Of a stretch of DNA of 64,000 nucleotides, positions 39,423-49,649 are shown piece after piece. This stretch comes from Candidatus Latescibacterota bacterium (GTDB lineage: Bacteria; Latescibacterota; UBA2968; GCA-2709665): contig OZ244744.1 in assembly GCA_965219455.1 (NCBI GenBank), forward strand, positions 1,344,001 to 1,408,000, written 5' to 3'. A program made the position numbers and the translations under genes. The number at the start of each line of letters is the position of its first letter. Position 1 is the first letter of the stretch. The notes below the pieces were generated by a model, which was given only the letters and a program-made list of their open reading frames with translations, ran no database searches and was not told where the DNA came from.

Positions 39423-42400
39423 TTAGAACCGCATTCGAATACCCACGTGCGTTATCCGGGGTTCGCCGATATACCGGCTGCGATCCTGAAAATCGCCGTA
39501 ATTGAGATAGTTCGCATCGTTCGGCCGGGGCGCCTGCAGCCCCCACCACATATAGTCGGTTCCCGAGGCAAAAGCGTCCTGCTGGTTGAACAGATTGAAG
39601 ACCTCCAGGAACACGTCGGCATTGGCCCGACCGAATTCGAAGCGTTTCTGCAAGTTCAGATCCATAACCGTGCGCAATGGACCTCGCGCTACCTGGCGCG
39701 TACCGTCGAGGACCAGATACGTAAACTGCGATCCGGTATAGATCCGGTAGATCAGGTTGGCGTTGATGCCCCCCAGAAGCGTGCTTCCGGCAACATTCGG
39801 CCCCATGCCGAAATCCTGCGGCGTGGACAGGAACATCTGGAGGCTGCCCTGGCTCCTGCGTCCCACCTCCGTGCCCGGATTCGCCCTGTGCCCGTGCACG
39901 ATCCACAGACCGCGAGCCCCCTCCCGGGCCGCATCCGAAAGCCAGTTCTCCTCCCAGGTTGGCACAATGGCGTCCCGGTTCGTTGAGAAGTCGTAGACAT
40001 ATCCTCCGGCGACGCGCCGGTCCGCCTGGGCGGTTTTTATGGCCTCGTTGGCGCCGTGACCGATGATCCGGATCTGTTCATCGGTAAGGGTTACGGGACG
40101 CTCCGAGCCACCCGCGGCCTCCCACGCGAAGAAATAATTGCCGCTGGCAATGTAATTCGAGTCCGGTATCACGGTGGCGCCGTTGCTGACGGTGCCGCCC
40201 CCTCCGAGGCTGTAGTCGCTCCAGGCCAGGTTGAGGGCCGCGCGGAACGAGAAGTAGTGGCTGAAACCCTTCCTCAAGCTGAATTCCAGGCCCCGCGTGT
40301 CTTCAAGGCGGATATTGGACAGGCTGCTGGTGAGCCGCTGGCGGAGGCGGACGCCCGCCCCACGCAACTCCGGGTACAGGAACACGTCCCAACCCCCGGT
40401 TTCCTGGAACGAAGCGCTCTTATAGAACGTCGCCAGCGCGAGTGTATAGTCGGAAATGAAGTTCCAGTCGGCGCCCAGTTCGAAGCTGATCGTCCGCGCC
40501 GTATTGTCCCACATCGGCCGCGCGATGGACGTGGTTGCGGGCCGGTAGTGGCTGGTGTATTCGCTGAAGCCGATGCCCGGTATCCCGTCTCCGGAGCCGA
40601 ACCACTGGTCGTGGAACATCTGATAAAAACTCGGCAACTGATAGAAATGGCCGTAGAAAAAATGGAGGCTCGACCTGTATGTGATCGGGTGCGAGATACC
40701 CAACCGCGGACTCCAGTTCACGATGGGCTTCATGGGGTACCTGGGCGCCGTAAGATATCGCGACATGGTCGTATATTGGAAAGCCCGGAGTGCCCCCATC
40801 ACGGGAACATTGGCGCCCCAGAAGCGGTCGTAGCGGATGCCGGCGTTGACAATGAAGCCCTCGAACTCCATCTTGTCCTGGACGTAGGCTGCGAACTGCC
40901 TGGGCTCTGTCGGCGTTCCGGGTTCCGGGTCGCCGATATACAGGATCTGTTTCCGCGCGTCGCCGGGCGTGTTGCCTTCACGGATAAAATGGTTGCTATA
41001 GCCCGTGAAGTCGATCCCGATCTTGTAGAAGTGCGTTTTCGTGAGTTGGCTTGACAGGTCGGACTTCAGACCGCTCCTGGTCTGTTGACCCAGGGTATAC
41101 GCGCGAACGTCCCCCCGGTCGGTGTAGAACCAGCCGTCCGAATCGCTTCCGATGTCCGCCGTCGTGTTCGAAACGCCGCTGGTATCCTGTGTGCTCTGAT
41201 ACCGCGAGAGCCTCAGTTCGTAGAAGGTCCGTGGACTGACCGTGTGCGTTACCACGCCGTAGACAACGCTTTCGGTGTTGGTCATTTCCCCCGCAGGTGA
41301 CCCTACAGGTAGAAAAATGTCGCGGCCCGGGCCCCTGAGGACGTTGCTGACGGACCGGGTTGTCCCGCCCAGCCCGCCGTTGTTGAAAACCTTCCACCGG
41401 TCGTAAATCCAGCCGATCTGCATCTTGACACTGTCGTGCGCCCGGATGGTCAACTTCGCCGTGTTCCGGGTATTGAACGGACGCACGGTCCACGCCCCCG
41501 GAAATGCCGCCGCATCCCGGCGGTGCCGCGAACTGATGAAAAAGGACGTTTCCGGGAGAAGCGGGCCGCCGAGATAGGCGTCAAAGTAGTGACCCCGCTG
41601 ATCGGTATAGTTGGTCCTCTGGTGCACAAGCGCGCCGGTCTCCGGATCCACCTCGGATGTCCACGCGGGATCGTTCCACCGCATGTGCCCACGGTGTTCC
41701 GGCGCGTCGTATACGTTGGCGCCCCAGTGTTTCTTGCCGCCGGGCGTCAGCCGATACTCGGCCTCGCCGAGGTACGTCGACCCTCCGTCCCGTGTCACCA
41801 TCTGCACCACCCCCGCCTGCGCGTTTCCGTACTCGGCGTTCATCCCCCCCGTGATCACGGAGACCTCCTGCAGTGCCTTCACGTTGGCGCCCCACCACTG
41901 GCTGCCCCGTGAAGTGGGTCCCCCGCGCCCGTCCTGGTTCTGCAGCCGCACGCCGTCCACGTAGATCAGGTTGTCTTCCACCTGACCGCCGCGAATCACG
42001 CCGCTGCCGTCCACCGCCACGCCCGCCTCCAGCGCGACAAACTCGGAGGCGTCTCTGAGAATTGGCGTCCGCGCGATATCCTGGGCGGTCACCACGTACC
42101 GGCTCTCCGTCTTGTCCGGCTCCACGGGAGGCGCTTCAGCGACGACAACCATCTCCTCCAACTCCAACTCCTGTTCACGAAGCCGGAAATTCAGCGTCAC
42201 GGTGAAATCAGACCGGACCTGGATCTGTTCCTGTGTCACCGAATGGTAGCCAACCATCGAAGCCGTCATCTTGTACATTGCCGGATCGGCGGAGACTATA
42301 ATGTAGAACCCCTCGGCATCCGTGGAAGCGCCCAGCCGCGTCCCTTCGAGGACCACGCTGGCGCCGGGCAGCGGCTCCCCATTATCGTCGGTCACGTTTC

Positions 42401-42500
42401 CAACAATTTTGCCGGTCGTACCCGCCAACGCCGCGCCAGCGAACGCGAGAATCGCAAACACCGTGAGCGCAAAGAAAAAACCGGTCGTCAATCTGTTCAT
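39423..42500 (-). CDS. TonB-dependent receptor with carboxypeptidase-regulatory-like N-terminal domain
   Basis: GKIVGNVTD..GEPLPGASV, ITGGMNAEYGNAQAGVV plug, NAGIRYD, SPRLGISHPI, terminal Phe; start ATG 42500. Confidence 0.9.
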   Translation of the reverse strand: MNRLTTGFFFALTVFAILAFAGAALAGTTGKIVGNVTDDNGEPLPGASVVLEGTRLGASTDAEGFYIIVSADPAMYKMTASMVGYHSVTQEQIQVRSDFTVTLNFRLREQELELEEMVVVAEAPPVEPDKTESRYVVTAQDIARTPILRDASEFVALEAGVAVDGSGVIRGGQVEDNLIYVDGVRLQNQDGRGGPTSRGSQWWGANVKALQEVSVITGGMNAEYGNAQAGVVQMVTRDGGSTYLGEAEYRLTPGGKKHWGANVYDAPEHRGHMRWNDPAWTSEVDPETGALVHQRTNYTDQRGHYFDAYLGGPLLPETSFFISSRHRRDAAAFPGAWTVRPFNTRNTAKLTIRAHDSVKMQIGWIYDRWKVFNNGGLGGTTRSVSNVLRGPGRDIFLPVGSPAGEMTNTESVVYGVVTHTVSPRTFYELRLSRYQSTQDTSGVSNTTADIGSDSDGWFYTDRGDVRAYTLGQQTRSGLKSDLSSQLTKTHFYKIGIDFTGYSNHFIREGNTPGDARKQILYIGDPEPGTPTEPRQFAAYVQDKMEFEGFIVNAGIRYDRFWGANVPVMGALRAFQYTTMSRYLTAPRYPMKPIVNWSPRLGISHPITYRSSLHFFYGHFYQLPSFYQMFHDQWFGSGDGIPGIGFSEYTSHYRPATTSIARPMWDNTARTISFELGADWNFISDYTLALATFYKSASFQETGGWDVFLYPELRGAGVRLRQRLTSSLSNIRLEDTRGLEFSLRKGFSHYFSFRAALNLAWSDYSLGGGGTVSNGATVIPDSNYIASGNYFFAWEAAGGSERPVTLTDEQIRIIGHGANEAIKTAQADRRVAGGYVYDFSTNRDAIVPTWEENWLSDAAREGARGLWIVHGHRANPGTEVGRRSQGSLQMFLSTPQDFGMGPNVAGSTLLGGINANLIYRIYTGSQFTYLVLDGTRQVARGPLRTVMDLNLQKRFEFGRANADVFLEVFNLFNQQDAFASGTDYMWWGLQAPRPNDANYLNYGDFQDRSRYIGEPRITHVGIRMRF

Positions 42501-42745
42501 ACCCGTATCCCCCATCTGCAATAATTCAGCGCCAAAGCAAAATCCGAGCGGTATTCTCACTGAAAACTCGAGGACTCCATTTCTACACCGATCGCGAAAC
42601 AATGCATTCTGTTCAACATGCAACGCCCACCCTGAGGAATTCTACTATCTTAAAATAACACATTTGAAATACGTTACGATCTTGCGGTTTGTCAAGGACT
42701 ATCTCATTGTTTCTTTTCGTGCACCGTCCCTCCGGCAGACCGACG

Positions 42746-42798
42746 CTGAGCCGCTCCCTGAGCCTTGCGGTCCCTGAGCTTGTCGAAGGGTCGAAGGG
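42746..42798. repeat. REP-type element (CCCTTCGACAAGCTCAGG family)
   Basis: Near-identical reverse complement of 17901-17953. Confidence 0.75.
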
Positions 42799-42832
42799 CT
42801 TTGGTAGGGTGTCGAACCTGCGTTGCACACCT

Positions 42833-44266
42833 CTAATCTTCCCCCGCGTTCATAAGTGCGACCGCGCCATCCACCAACGCTTCGCCCCCACCCGATCCCA
42901 CGGGAGTGAACGCGGTCTCGTACCCTCCCAGGTCGAAGGCCTCCCGGTCGACGATGTAGCTGATGGCGCCAAACTCGTTCGCAAGCGCCGCAATCACCAG
43001 TTGGCGGGAACCGGACTGCTCCCGGATTGCCGTACCAAGAGACGTAAACGGTTCTCCAGGAAGCCCCAGAAAGACCCCTTCACCCACCCCCAGCGCCTGT
43101 ACTTCCGTGAGGTGATGGGATTCCGGCGCCGCACGCTGCCAATCGGCCAGGAGGACGTCTTCCACGTGGCGGTACCCCTCCTTCAGAGGCAGCGCCACCT
43201 CCCGCCGGCGGGCCCAAACGTCCGGCGCGGCATCCCAGTGCGCTACCCCATCAATTGCCGCTATTGCCCCGTGCGCCAGCCGCCCGCCCAGACGCGCCAG
43301 CTCCCGTTCGAATCCCCGCTCCCGTCTTGCAAGGCTTTCCCCGGGATCCTCGCCCGGTCGGGTCTTCCAGACGTCATCGATATCGATATTCCAGATTGTG
43401 GTGACGTCACCCTCGGGTCCGGCGGTATAGAGTACGACCGGCGGTTCGCCGCCATCGCGCACCCACGCTTCCGCCACGCGCTCGGCCGCCGCGCCAGCGA
43501 TTTCCGCGGAAATCCCCGATCCACAGAAAATCCACGGATGGGTGCCGTAGTTGATCACCGCCGCCAGCGGCGCTTCGGTCCCCTGCTCCCTCACCGTGAA
43601 CACCCGCACGAGCGGATCGACCAACGTGCGCGAAACCACGCGGACGCCGTAAGCCGGCTCCCGTCTCGGATCTCCCCAGTTCCCGTCCGACATCAGCACG
43701 CGCCTTGAACTGGCCACGCCCTCAACCGGGGCCTCTCCGAACCCCACCGCGGCAGGTCTCCGCGCATCATAGGCCTCTTCCACGGCCGCGACCGCCTGCG
43801 CGACAAACCACGCCTTCCATTCCATGTCCGTCTCGCCAACCCAACTGGCCGAGGACGAGACCGCCGTGACCTTACCCATGGCGGCGGGCGCCGAGCCATC
43901 TCCCCTTACGGTGAGGCGGACCATATCCTCCGGGCTGTACGTCGTGGCCACGGGGCAGAACGCCGGCCCCGAATGCGTGTGCGTCGCACAGACCATGACC
44001 GTCTCGGGACTCAGCCCCGTCACCTCCGCGGCGCCCTGGCGGATCTGCCCGGTCGCGACCGCGTCCACGCCCGTCAGATCGACGGCAACCAGGGCCCACG
44101 CCCGTTTACCGTTGGACAGCACCAGCGCCCTGGCGTAGAGATCGTCGTGCACGTAACGCGACTTGATATCGCCTGAGGCCCGGGGGTTCCACCCCGACAT
44201 CGACACGCCCACCGGTGGTGTGATCACCCGCGTCGCTGCGCCGGCGCGTAAGATTTGTTGACCCAT
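42833..44266 (-). CDS. Neutral/alkaline ceramidase-like hydrolase
   Basis: VITPPVG, HDDLYARAL, CATHTHSGP, NYGTHP, LPGEPF, GGYE; paralog of 8137-9411. Confidence 0.8.
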   Translation of the reverse strand: MGQQILRAGAATRVITPPVGVSMSGWNPRASGDIKSRYVHDDLYARALVLSNGKRAWALVAVDLTGVDAVATGQIRQGAAEVTGLSPETVMVCATHTHSGPAFCPVATTYSPEDMVRLTVRGDGSAPAAMGKVTAVSSSASWVGETDMEWKAWFVAQAVAAVEEAYDARRPAAVGFGEAPVEGVASSRRVLMSDGNWGDPRREPAYGVRVVSRTLVDPLVRVFTVREQGTEAPLAAVINYGTHPWIFCGSGISAEIAGAAAERVAEAWVRDGGEPPVVLYTAGPEGDVTTIWNIDIDDVWKTRPGEDPGESLARRERGFERELARLGGRLAHGAIAAIDGVAHWDAAPDVWARRREVALPLKEGYRHVEDVLLADWQRAAPESHHLTEVQALGVGEGVFLGLPGEPFTSLGTAIREQSGSRQLVIAALANEFGAISYIVDREAFDLGGYETAFTPVGSGGGEALVDGAVALMNAGED

Positions 44267-44773
44267 ACCTGAAATTCCCGTTGGATTGAAAGGAAGCTGT
44301 AAGCCTTCAACTTTCAGCTATCGGCAATGAGTGTCCTGTCCCAAAATATCTAACCACTCTCCCGCCTGCCTCGCATGCTTCAGCAGGCAGGCCGATTCAT
44401 CCCGTCTGGCAGCGTCGCATTCCTTGCCTGCGTTTCGCCACCCCGTAACGTCCCCAATTCCCTTGCCCTTTTTCTTGCTTCGCCCAAGAAAAAGGGCGAA
44501 AAAGAAGGGCGCCGCTCGGCGCGGGGCCGGTTTTTCCGCGAATCTCCTTAGTGGAGAAAACGTAAGACACTGCCCTGAGACCGGCTTAGCATACACAAAA
44601 CGACACTGCTGGACGGAAAAACGCGGAAAAACCCCCCTCTCCGCCACCGGATGGCCGGGAGGTATACCGCGACGGCGTTTTGAACGTGTTCTCGGTCTAG
44701 CCGCCAGTCCAGATCCAAATCTATACGTGTTCACGTACCGTAATGATACTAGGAGTCTGCGCCGCAGAAAACT

Positions 44774-44829
44774 CACTATACTATATATAGTTAAAGAAGA
44801 TATCTGAGGACACTATATATAGTATAGTG
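44774..44829. promoter_or_regulatory. Tandem NrdR-box-like palindromes forming an 18-bp perfect inverted repeat
   Basis: ATACTATATATAGTTA (44778) and ACACTATATATAGTAT (44810), 32 bp apart; match acaCwAtATaTwGtgt. Confidence 0.55.
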
Positions 44830-44881
44830 CGGTGCTCAAATCAGTTCTGGAGCGCAGGCTCCTAGACGGATTAACGCTTGT

Positions 44882-44922
44882 CTCCCCCTTTCCTTTAGGA
44901 GAGGGGGCCGGGGGGAGAGGTC
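44882..44922. repeat. REP-type palindrome
   Basis: Exact reverse complement of 59527-59567; related to 17735-17776. Confidence 0.75.
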
Positions 44923-45045
44923 ACGGCGCTGATGTCAACTGATTGGGTTTTTGGTTCAAGCTGACGGCTGAGTTCTGATAGCTGTTTTTCTGCTTCTGAT
45001 CGGCCGAATTCAGGCAACCTATTTCTGGGAAAGAACACCAGCACA

Positions 45046-46224
45046 TCACCCGCCCTTCGGAGCGTCGCCCGACTGTACGAAGAGCTTCCGCTCGAGCCCG
45101 CAGAGGCATTCCGGACCCTTTTCGTGCATCGCAAACGTATCTTCGCACTTGAAGTGTCCAATGCCGGGATATTTCACCTTGTACTCCAGCGTGAACGCAT
45201 GGCCGGGAAGGATTTCGCCTTCCGGTTCGGGAGAAATTAACGGATAGCTGTACAGAATCCAGCCGATTCCGTGCGAATGAAAGCCCACGTTGAGGCCTGT
45301 CGGATCCCCCAGCGAATCAAAAAGGACCTCTTTCGACAAGCTGTCCACCTCGGCGCAGGAGATTCCGGGTTTCAAATGGTCGAAAACGACCTGCGTTGTT
45401 CTTGTGCAGGCCAGACTGCACCGCTCCACTTCCGGCGGCACCGAAGCGCCGAAATAAAAATTCCTCCCGATATCCGAGATGAGTCCCTTGTAGACAGTTG
45501 ACACGTCGATATGAATGAGTGTCTCCGGCTTCAGGGGAGGACCCTTCAACTCGCGGCCGGTAAAGTGGAAATCCTTGAAGTGGACCGAAAAAAAATGTCC
45601 GAAACGCTCCGCATAGAGTCCCGCGGTGGATCTTACATAGACGTCCATCAGTTCCTCGGGGGTCACATCGGCAGAGAGACGGTCGAATACGCGCATCATC
45701 CCCTTTTCCGTGATCCGGCAGGCCGCCCTGAGCCTGTCCAATTCTTCGTTGGACTTGAACTCCTGGAGTTTGAAGAGTATCTCCCGGCTCTCCGTCCAGC
45801 GGATATCGGGAGCGAGTGCATCAAGCGCCGCGACCAGGTCGTGGGAAAGCGTGCCCCGTTCGATACCCACCTGGCCCGACTGAACGCCCTTTTCGCGGAG
45901 AACCCGGATGATATGCTCGGCCTGCCGCTCGTACGACGCCGCGCCCATTGTGGGACGAACATCCGGAATCCAGATATTCCGGGCCTTGAAATCCGGGAAA
46001 TCCATCTGAGCCGACGCCGTGGAAAAAGCCTGATCCGGGCGGCCGCGAACGTATCCGGCGATCGGCACGACATATTGTCCCGGCATATCGGAAAAATGGA
46101 CCCTTTCATACCAGGGCAACGTCGTAAAATAGAGGAAGGAGGCGGGACGGCAGAACAGCATCGCCTCCATGTCGGCCGATTCCAGAAGCCGATCGAGTCG
46201 CGCAACAGAAAAGAACGGTTGCAT
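45046..46224 (-). CDS. M24-family (Xaa-Pro) peptidase
   Basis: KSNEEL, HIDV...SDIGR, HGIG, TLE, CEDT metal ligands. Confidence 0.85.
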   Translation of the reverse strand: MQPFFSVARLDRLLESADMEAMLFCRPASFLYFTTLPWYERVHFSDMPGQYVVPIAGYVRGRPDQAFSTASAQMDFPDFKARNIWIPDVRPTMGAASYERQAEHIIRVLREKGVQSGQVGIERGTLSHDLVAALDALAPDIRWTESREILFKLQEFKSNEELDRLRAACRITEKGMMRVFDRLSADVTPEELMDVYVRSTAGLYAERFGHFFSVHFKDFHFTGRELKGPPLKPETLIHIDVSTVYKGLISDIGRNFYFGASVPPEVERCSLACTRTTQVVFDHLKPGISCAEVDSLSKEVLFDSLGDPTGLNVGFHSHGIGWILYSYPLISPEPEGEILPGHAFTLEYKVKYPGIGHFKCEDTFAMHEKGPECLCGLERKLFVQSGDAPKGG

Positions 46225-46289
46225 TCCGGACTCCAGTCAATATAGCCTCTCATCCCCACGGCCGTACATCCCACACCCTACCTTCTTCA

Positions 46290-48467
46290 TTACTTGTACC
46301 CCGTTCTTTCAAAACAAAAGACCCGCCCGTCATACGTACCCACAACCAGCCCGCCCTCCACCACACATGGAGGCGCCGTAATCGGCGAGTCGAAGGAAGC
46401 GCTGCCCAGGCATCGGCCCGAAGCGGGATCCAGGGCATAGAGAATCCCGTCGCACCCGCCGACCAGAAGAAGATCCTCGAACATCACCGGAGCGGCCAGG
46501 ATGGACCGCACGCCCCGGCGATAGGGCACCATATCCAGCAAGTCGTCTCCTGTCCGGAACCGCCAGTGCAACGCACCGTCATCAAGATCAAAGCATAGAG
46601 CCTCGCCCTCCGGGGTGGTCGCATAGATCCGCTCGTCGTGAACCAGAAGTCCCGTGGGATATCTGGACGGCAGGATCGGCCGGTTCCAGACAACACTGCC
46701 CGATTCCGCCCGCACCGCAACGAGCGGCGATGCCTCGCCGGAGAAGTGGTGAAGGTCGGAGGCGCCGCCGCCGCTGACCAGCAGGTCTCCCGACAGGACC
46801 GGGGCTGCATAGGGGTAATCCACCCCGATCGGCTGTTCCCAGACGACGTCCCCCGTCTCGCGGTCCAGCGCCACAAGACCCATCCGCTGCACGAGCAGAA
46901 CAAGCAGGTCGCCGGAAACCTGAGGGCCGGCGTAACAGGCCCAATTGTCACTGCCTTCGTTAACCGTATGCCAACGCCGGCGCCCCGACGTCAGATCGAA
47001 GGCAGCGTAACCGGACTTGGCGCCTGCGTACACCGTTCCATCCGCAATAACCGGAGACGTGTATATCCAGCGCTCCGGATACCCGGGCAGGTCCGCCTCC
47101 CACAACGGGCCGCCGGACGCCGCGTCGAGCAAATGCACGCGGCCGGTCACCGACACAGCGGCGCATACGTTGCCGGCTACAGCGACGCTGTTCTTGACCG
47201 CCGCATCCGTAGGCGCATGCCAGAGCATGTCCCCGCTCGTTGCGCCGACGCAGCAGATTCCGGTTCGTCCAGGCCAGCCCTCGTCGCGCAGGCTCAGGAA
47301 CACGCGCTCTCCGGACGACGCGGGCGCCGCCCGGTGGAGCCCGCCCGGAATCCGTCCCTCCCAGCGCAGATGCAGTGCAACGCCGTCGAATCCGATTTTC
47401 TGTGGCGTCCGCTCCTGAGACGCTCGCGAGGCGTCCGCGGACTGCAGCACGCCCGCTTCCATGGACGAACCATTCTCTTCGAACCGTACCAGGCGGTAGC
47501 CCCTGGGGGAGGTGTCGATCCCCCCGAAACAGATCGGCGGGGTGGCGGCTACGACCATATCACCGTACGAAAATACCTTGCTGGAGTGCCAGTGCCCGTG
47601 AAGGAGGATTTGAACGTTGTACCGACTCAACGCGCAAAGAAACGAATCCGCCGGCGGGGTATGCACGACAACCACAATTTCGCGGTCCCCGGGCTGCAGC
47701 GCCAGGTCCGCCCAGAACCACCCTTCCTTGCGTTCGAGGTCCAACGTCGAGAAGAACGACTGCTCGTTGGGGTAGAACACAAAGTGCCGCCCGCCCCAAT
47801 CAAGGCTGTAATATGCGGGCCCCAGCACCTCCTCGAAGTGCAGCGTAGCGGGCTTGCCGGCGTTTTTCTTTTCGATTGCCTTAAGCTTCGGGTTATTCGG
47901 CGTCGCCTTCAGTCCTACGAACGCATCAACGGAAATACCGCCGGTGCGCTCTTCGTTCCCGTCGTGCCCGCCGAACAACGGGAAAACCGGCGTTGAAATC
48001 GTCTCGACCGCATTGCGAAAGGCGGTCAACTGGTCGAGAGTACCCCAGTCGGTAAGGTCCCCGCTGGCAATAATCAGATCGGGTCCGGCCTCCCGCTCGA
48101 GTTGCTGCAGGGCTTCCGTAAGCACGGCTCCCGAGGTGAGCGTATCCCCTTCGGTAACAACGTGGGTATCGGTAATCTGCACGAGCGTAAAACGCCGACG
48201 GTCTGTCTCGGGAGACGGCGAAAGCCGGAAATCCACCCCGTCGCGAGGCTTCGACCAGTTCCGCGTGGACCGGTAGTACCCATCCGGCGCAGAAAACCCG
48301 TCCGGAAGCGTGATAAACACGAACCGGTGCGACCCGGGTTCCACCTGGAGTTCGTACTGACCCTGCTCGTCTGTCTGTACAATCCGCTCTCCGTTCGAGA
48401 CGGAAACCCCGGCCAGGCCGCGGCCGGACGGATTTTCAATCACTCGCCCTCGAACCTGAATCTCCAT
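46290..48467 (-). CDS. Calcineurin-like metallophosphoesterase with C-terminal PQQ-like beta-propeller
   Basis: GVSVSNG N-domain, ITDTH, SGDLTD, GGHD, HGHWH, then W-containing PQQ repeats. Confidence 0.85.
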   Translation of the reverse strand: MEIQVRGRVIENPSGRGLAGVSVSNGERIVQTDEQGQYELQVEPGSHRFVFITLPDGFSAPDGYYRSTRNWSKPRDGVDFRLSPSPETDRRRFTLVQITDTHVVTEGDTLTSGAVLTEALQQLEREAGPDLIIASGDLTDWGTLDQLTAFRNAVETISTPVFPLFGGHDGNEERTGGISVDAFVGLKATPNNPKLKAIEKKNAGKPATLHFEEVLGPAYYSLDWGGRHFVFYPNEQSFFSTLDLERKEGWFWADLALQPGDREIVVVVHTPPADSFLCALSRYNVQILLHGHWHSSKVFSYGDMVVAATPPICFGGIDTSPRGYRLVRFEENGSSMEAGVLQSADASRASQERTPQKIGFDGVALHLRWEGRIPGGLHRAAPASSGERVFLSLRDEGWPGRTGICCVGATSGDMLWHAPTDAAVKNSVAVAGNVCAAVSVTGRVHLLDAASGGPLWEADLPGYPERWIYTSPVIADGTVYAGAKSGYAAFDLTSGRRRWHTVNEGSDNWACYAGPQVSGDLLVLLVQRMGLVALDRETGDVVWEQPIGVDYPYAAPVLSGDLLVSGGGASDLHHFSGEASPLVAVRAESGSVVWNRPILPSRYPTGLLVHDERIYATTPEGEALCFDLDDGALHWRFRTGDDLLDMVPYRRGVRSILAAPVMFEDLLLVGGCDGILYALDPASGRCLGSASFDSPITAPPCVVEGGLVVGTYDGRVFCFERTGYK

Positions 48468-48469
48468 TT

Positions 48470-48658
48470 TTAATCTCCAATAAGCAGGAAACGGCGGCTT
48501 TCCCCACGTCTGTTTACGCGTCGACCGGCTGCCAGATCTCGTGGAGTTGCGCCGCCGTGGCAATCCCCAGGTCGATCCCGCTGCCCTGCCCACTCCTGCA
48601 GCAACGGCACCGTGACTTCCCAGACCCTGACCTGCGCAATGACCGGTGAAGACGCCAC
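48470..48658 (-). pseudogene. Possible N-terminal remnant of an enolase-superfamily (MR/MLE) gene
   Basis: Purine-rich RBS + GTG; IAQVRVWEVTVPL resembles an MR/MLE N-terminus, then loses resemblance. Confidence 0.35.
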
Positions 48659-48672
48659 GGCCCTTTCCCTTC

Positions 48673-49485
48673 CTATGTGTCGGTCTCCTGTCGAGCCCGG
48701 AATGAATCCCGCTCCCCGAACACCTCGACGTAGTTCTGACCCGACATCTGCCCGCCGTCGGCCACGATCCCCTGGCCGGTGATAAATGCGGCCCCGTCCG
48801 AAGCCAGAAAGTAGATGATATTGGCGATATCCTCGGGTTTTCCGATGCGGTTGAGCGGTATCAGCTTCAGGTAATTCCGCACGAAAACCCGGTCCTCAAG
48901 CAGGTCCCCGTGAATCGGCGTATCGATAAACCCCGGCAGCACCGCATTCACGCGGATGCCGTCACCGCCCAGTTCCACGGCCAGCGTGCGCGTGAGAGCC
49001 AGCAGTGCTGCTTTTGAGGCATCGTACGTCGCCGCGCGCGGGCTGCTGGACAGGGCATTGCGCGAAGCCACGTTGACGATGGCCGCCCCCTCCACCCGTT
49101 TCATCCCAGGTACAAACCCGCGGATCAACGCGGATGCGCCGACGAGATTCGTATTCAGGGACGTTTCCCACATCTCATCCGTTGTCTCCGTAATATCCGC
49201 GTACAGGCACACGCCAGCGCTGTTGACCAGCACACGCGGAGGCCCGAGATCCACAACGATTCGCCTGGCGAGCGGGGTGAGGGTGCCCACGTCAGAGAGA
49301 TCACAGCGGAAGGGGTGCACGTGCGGGCCGACCCGCGAACCCTTAAGCGCGTCGAGTCCCTCAATTGACCGGTCCAGTGCCGCCGCGCGGAACCCCTCGT
49401 CCACAAAGCGCTCGACGGTGGCCTTGCCGATGCCGCTGGCGGCGCCCGTCACCACGGCGAGCGCGGCGGATGAACCTCCGGACAT
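48673..49485 (-). CDS. SDR-family oxidoreductase
   Basis: VTGAASGIG, VNSAG, YDASK, VNAVLPGFIDT. Confidence 0.93.
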   Translation of the reverse strand: MSGGSSAALAVVTGAASGIGKATVERFVDEGFRAAALDRSIEGLDALKGSRVGPHVHPFRCDLSDVGTLTPLARRIVVDLGPPRVLVNSAGVCLYADITETTDEMWETSLNTNLVGASALIRGFVPGMKRVEGAAIVNVASRNALSSSPRAATYDASKAALLALTRTLAVELGGDGIRVNAVLPGFIDTPIHGDLLEDRVFVRNYLKLIPLNRIGKPEDIANIIYFLASDGAAFITGQGIVADGGQMSGQNYVEVFGERDSFRARQETDT

Positions 49486-49495
49486 GCAGGATTTC

Positions 49496-49627
49496 CTATC
49501 TTGTAATCCGCTCGAAATAATTGCACGGTATGACGTTCATCGGGCCGAGCCTGCGTTCCACCTCGTCCAAAAACAGGTTGATCCCGAGGTTGTCCACCGC
49601 GGCGTGCGGAATGCGTACGGCGCCCAT
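49496..49627 (-). pseudogene. C-terminal remnant of a NIF3/NGG1-interacting-factor-like protein
   Basis: Manual translation MGAVRIPHAAVDNLGINLFLDEVERRLGPMNVIPCNYFERITR*. Confidence 0.45.
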
Positions 49628-49649
49628 GCCTGTCTTACGAATCGGGGTA

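Noticed and set aside
44318-44807. ORFs of 152 and 158 aa in the intergenic region
   Set aside because: They run through repeat-like and palindromic DNA, are low-complexity and lack an RBS
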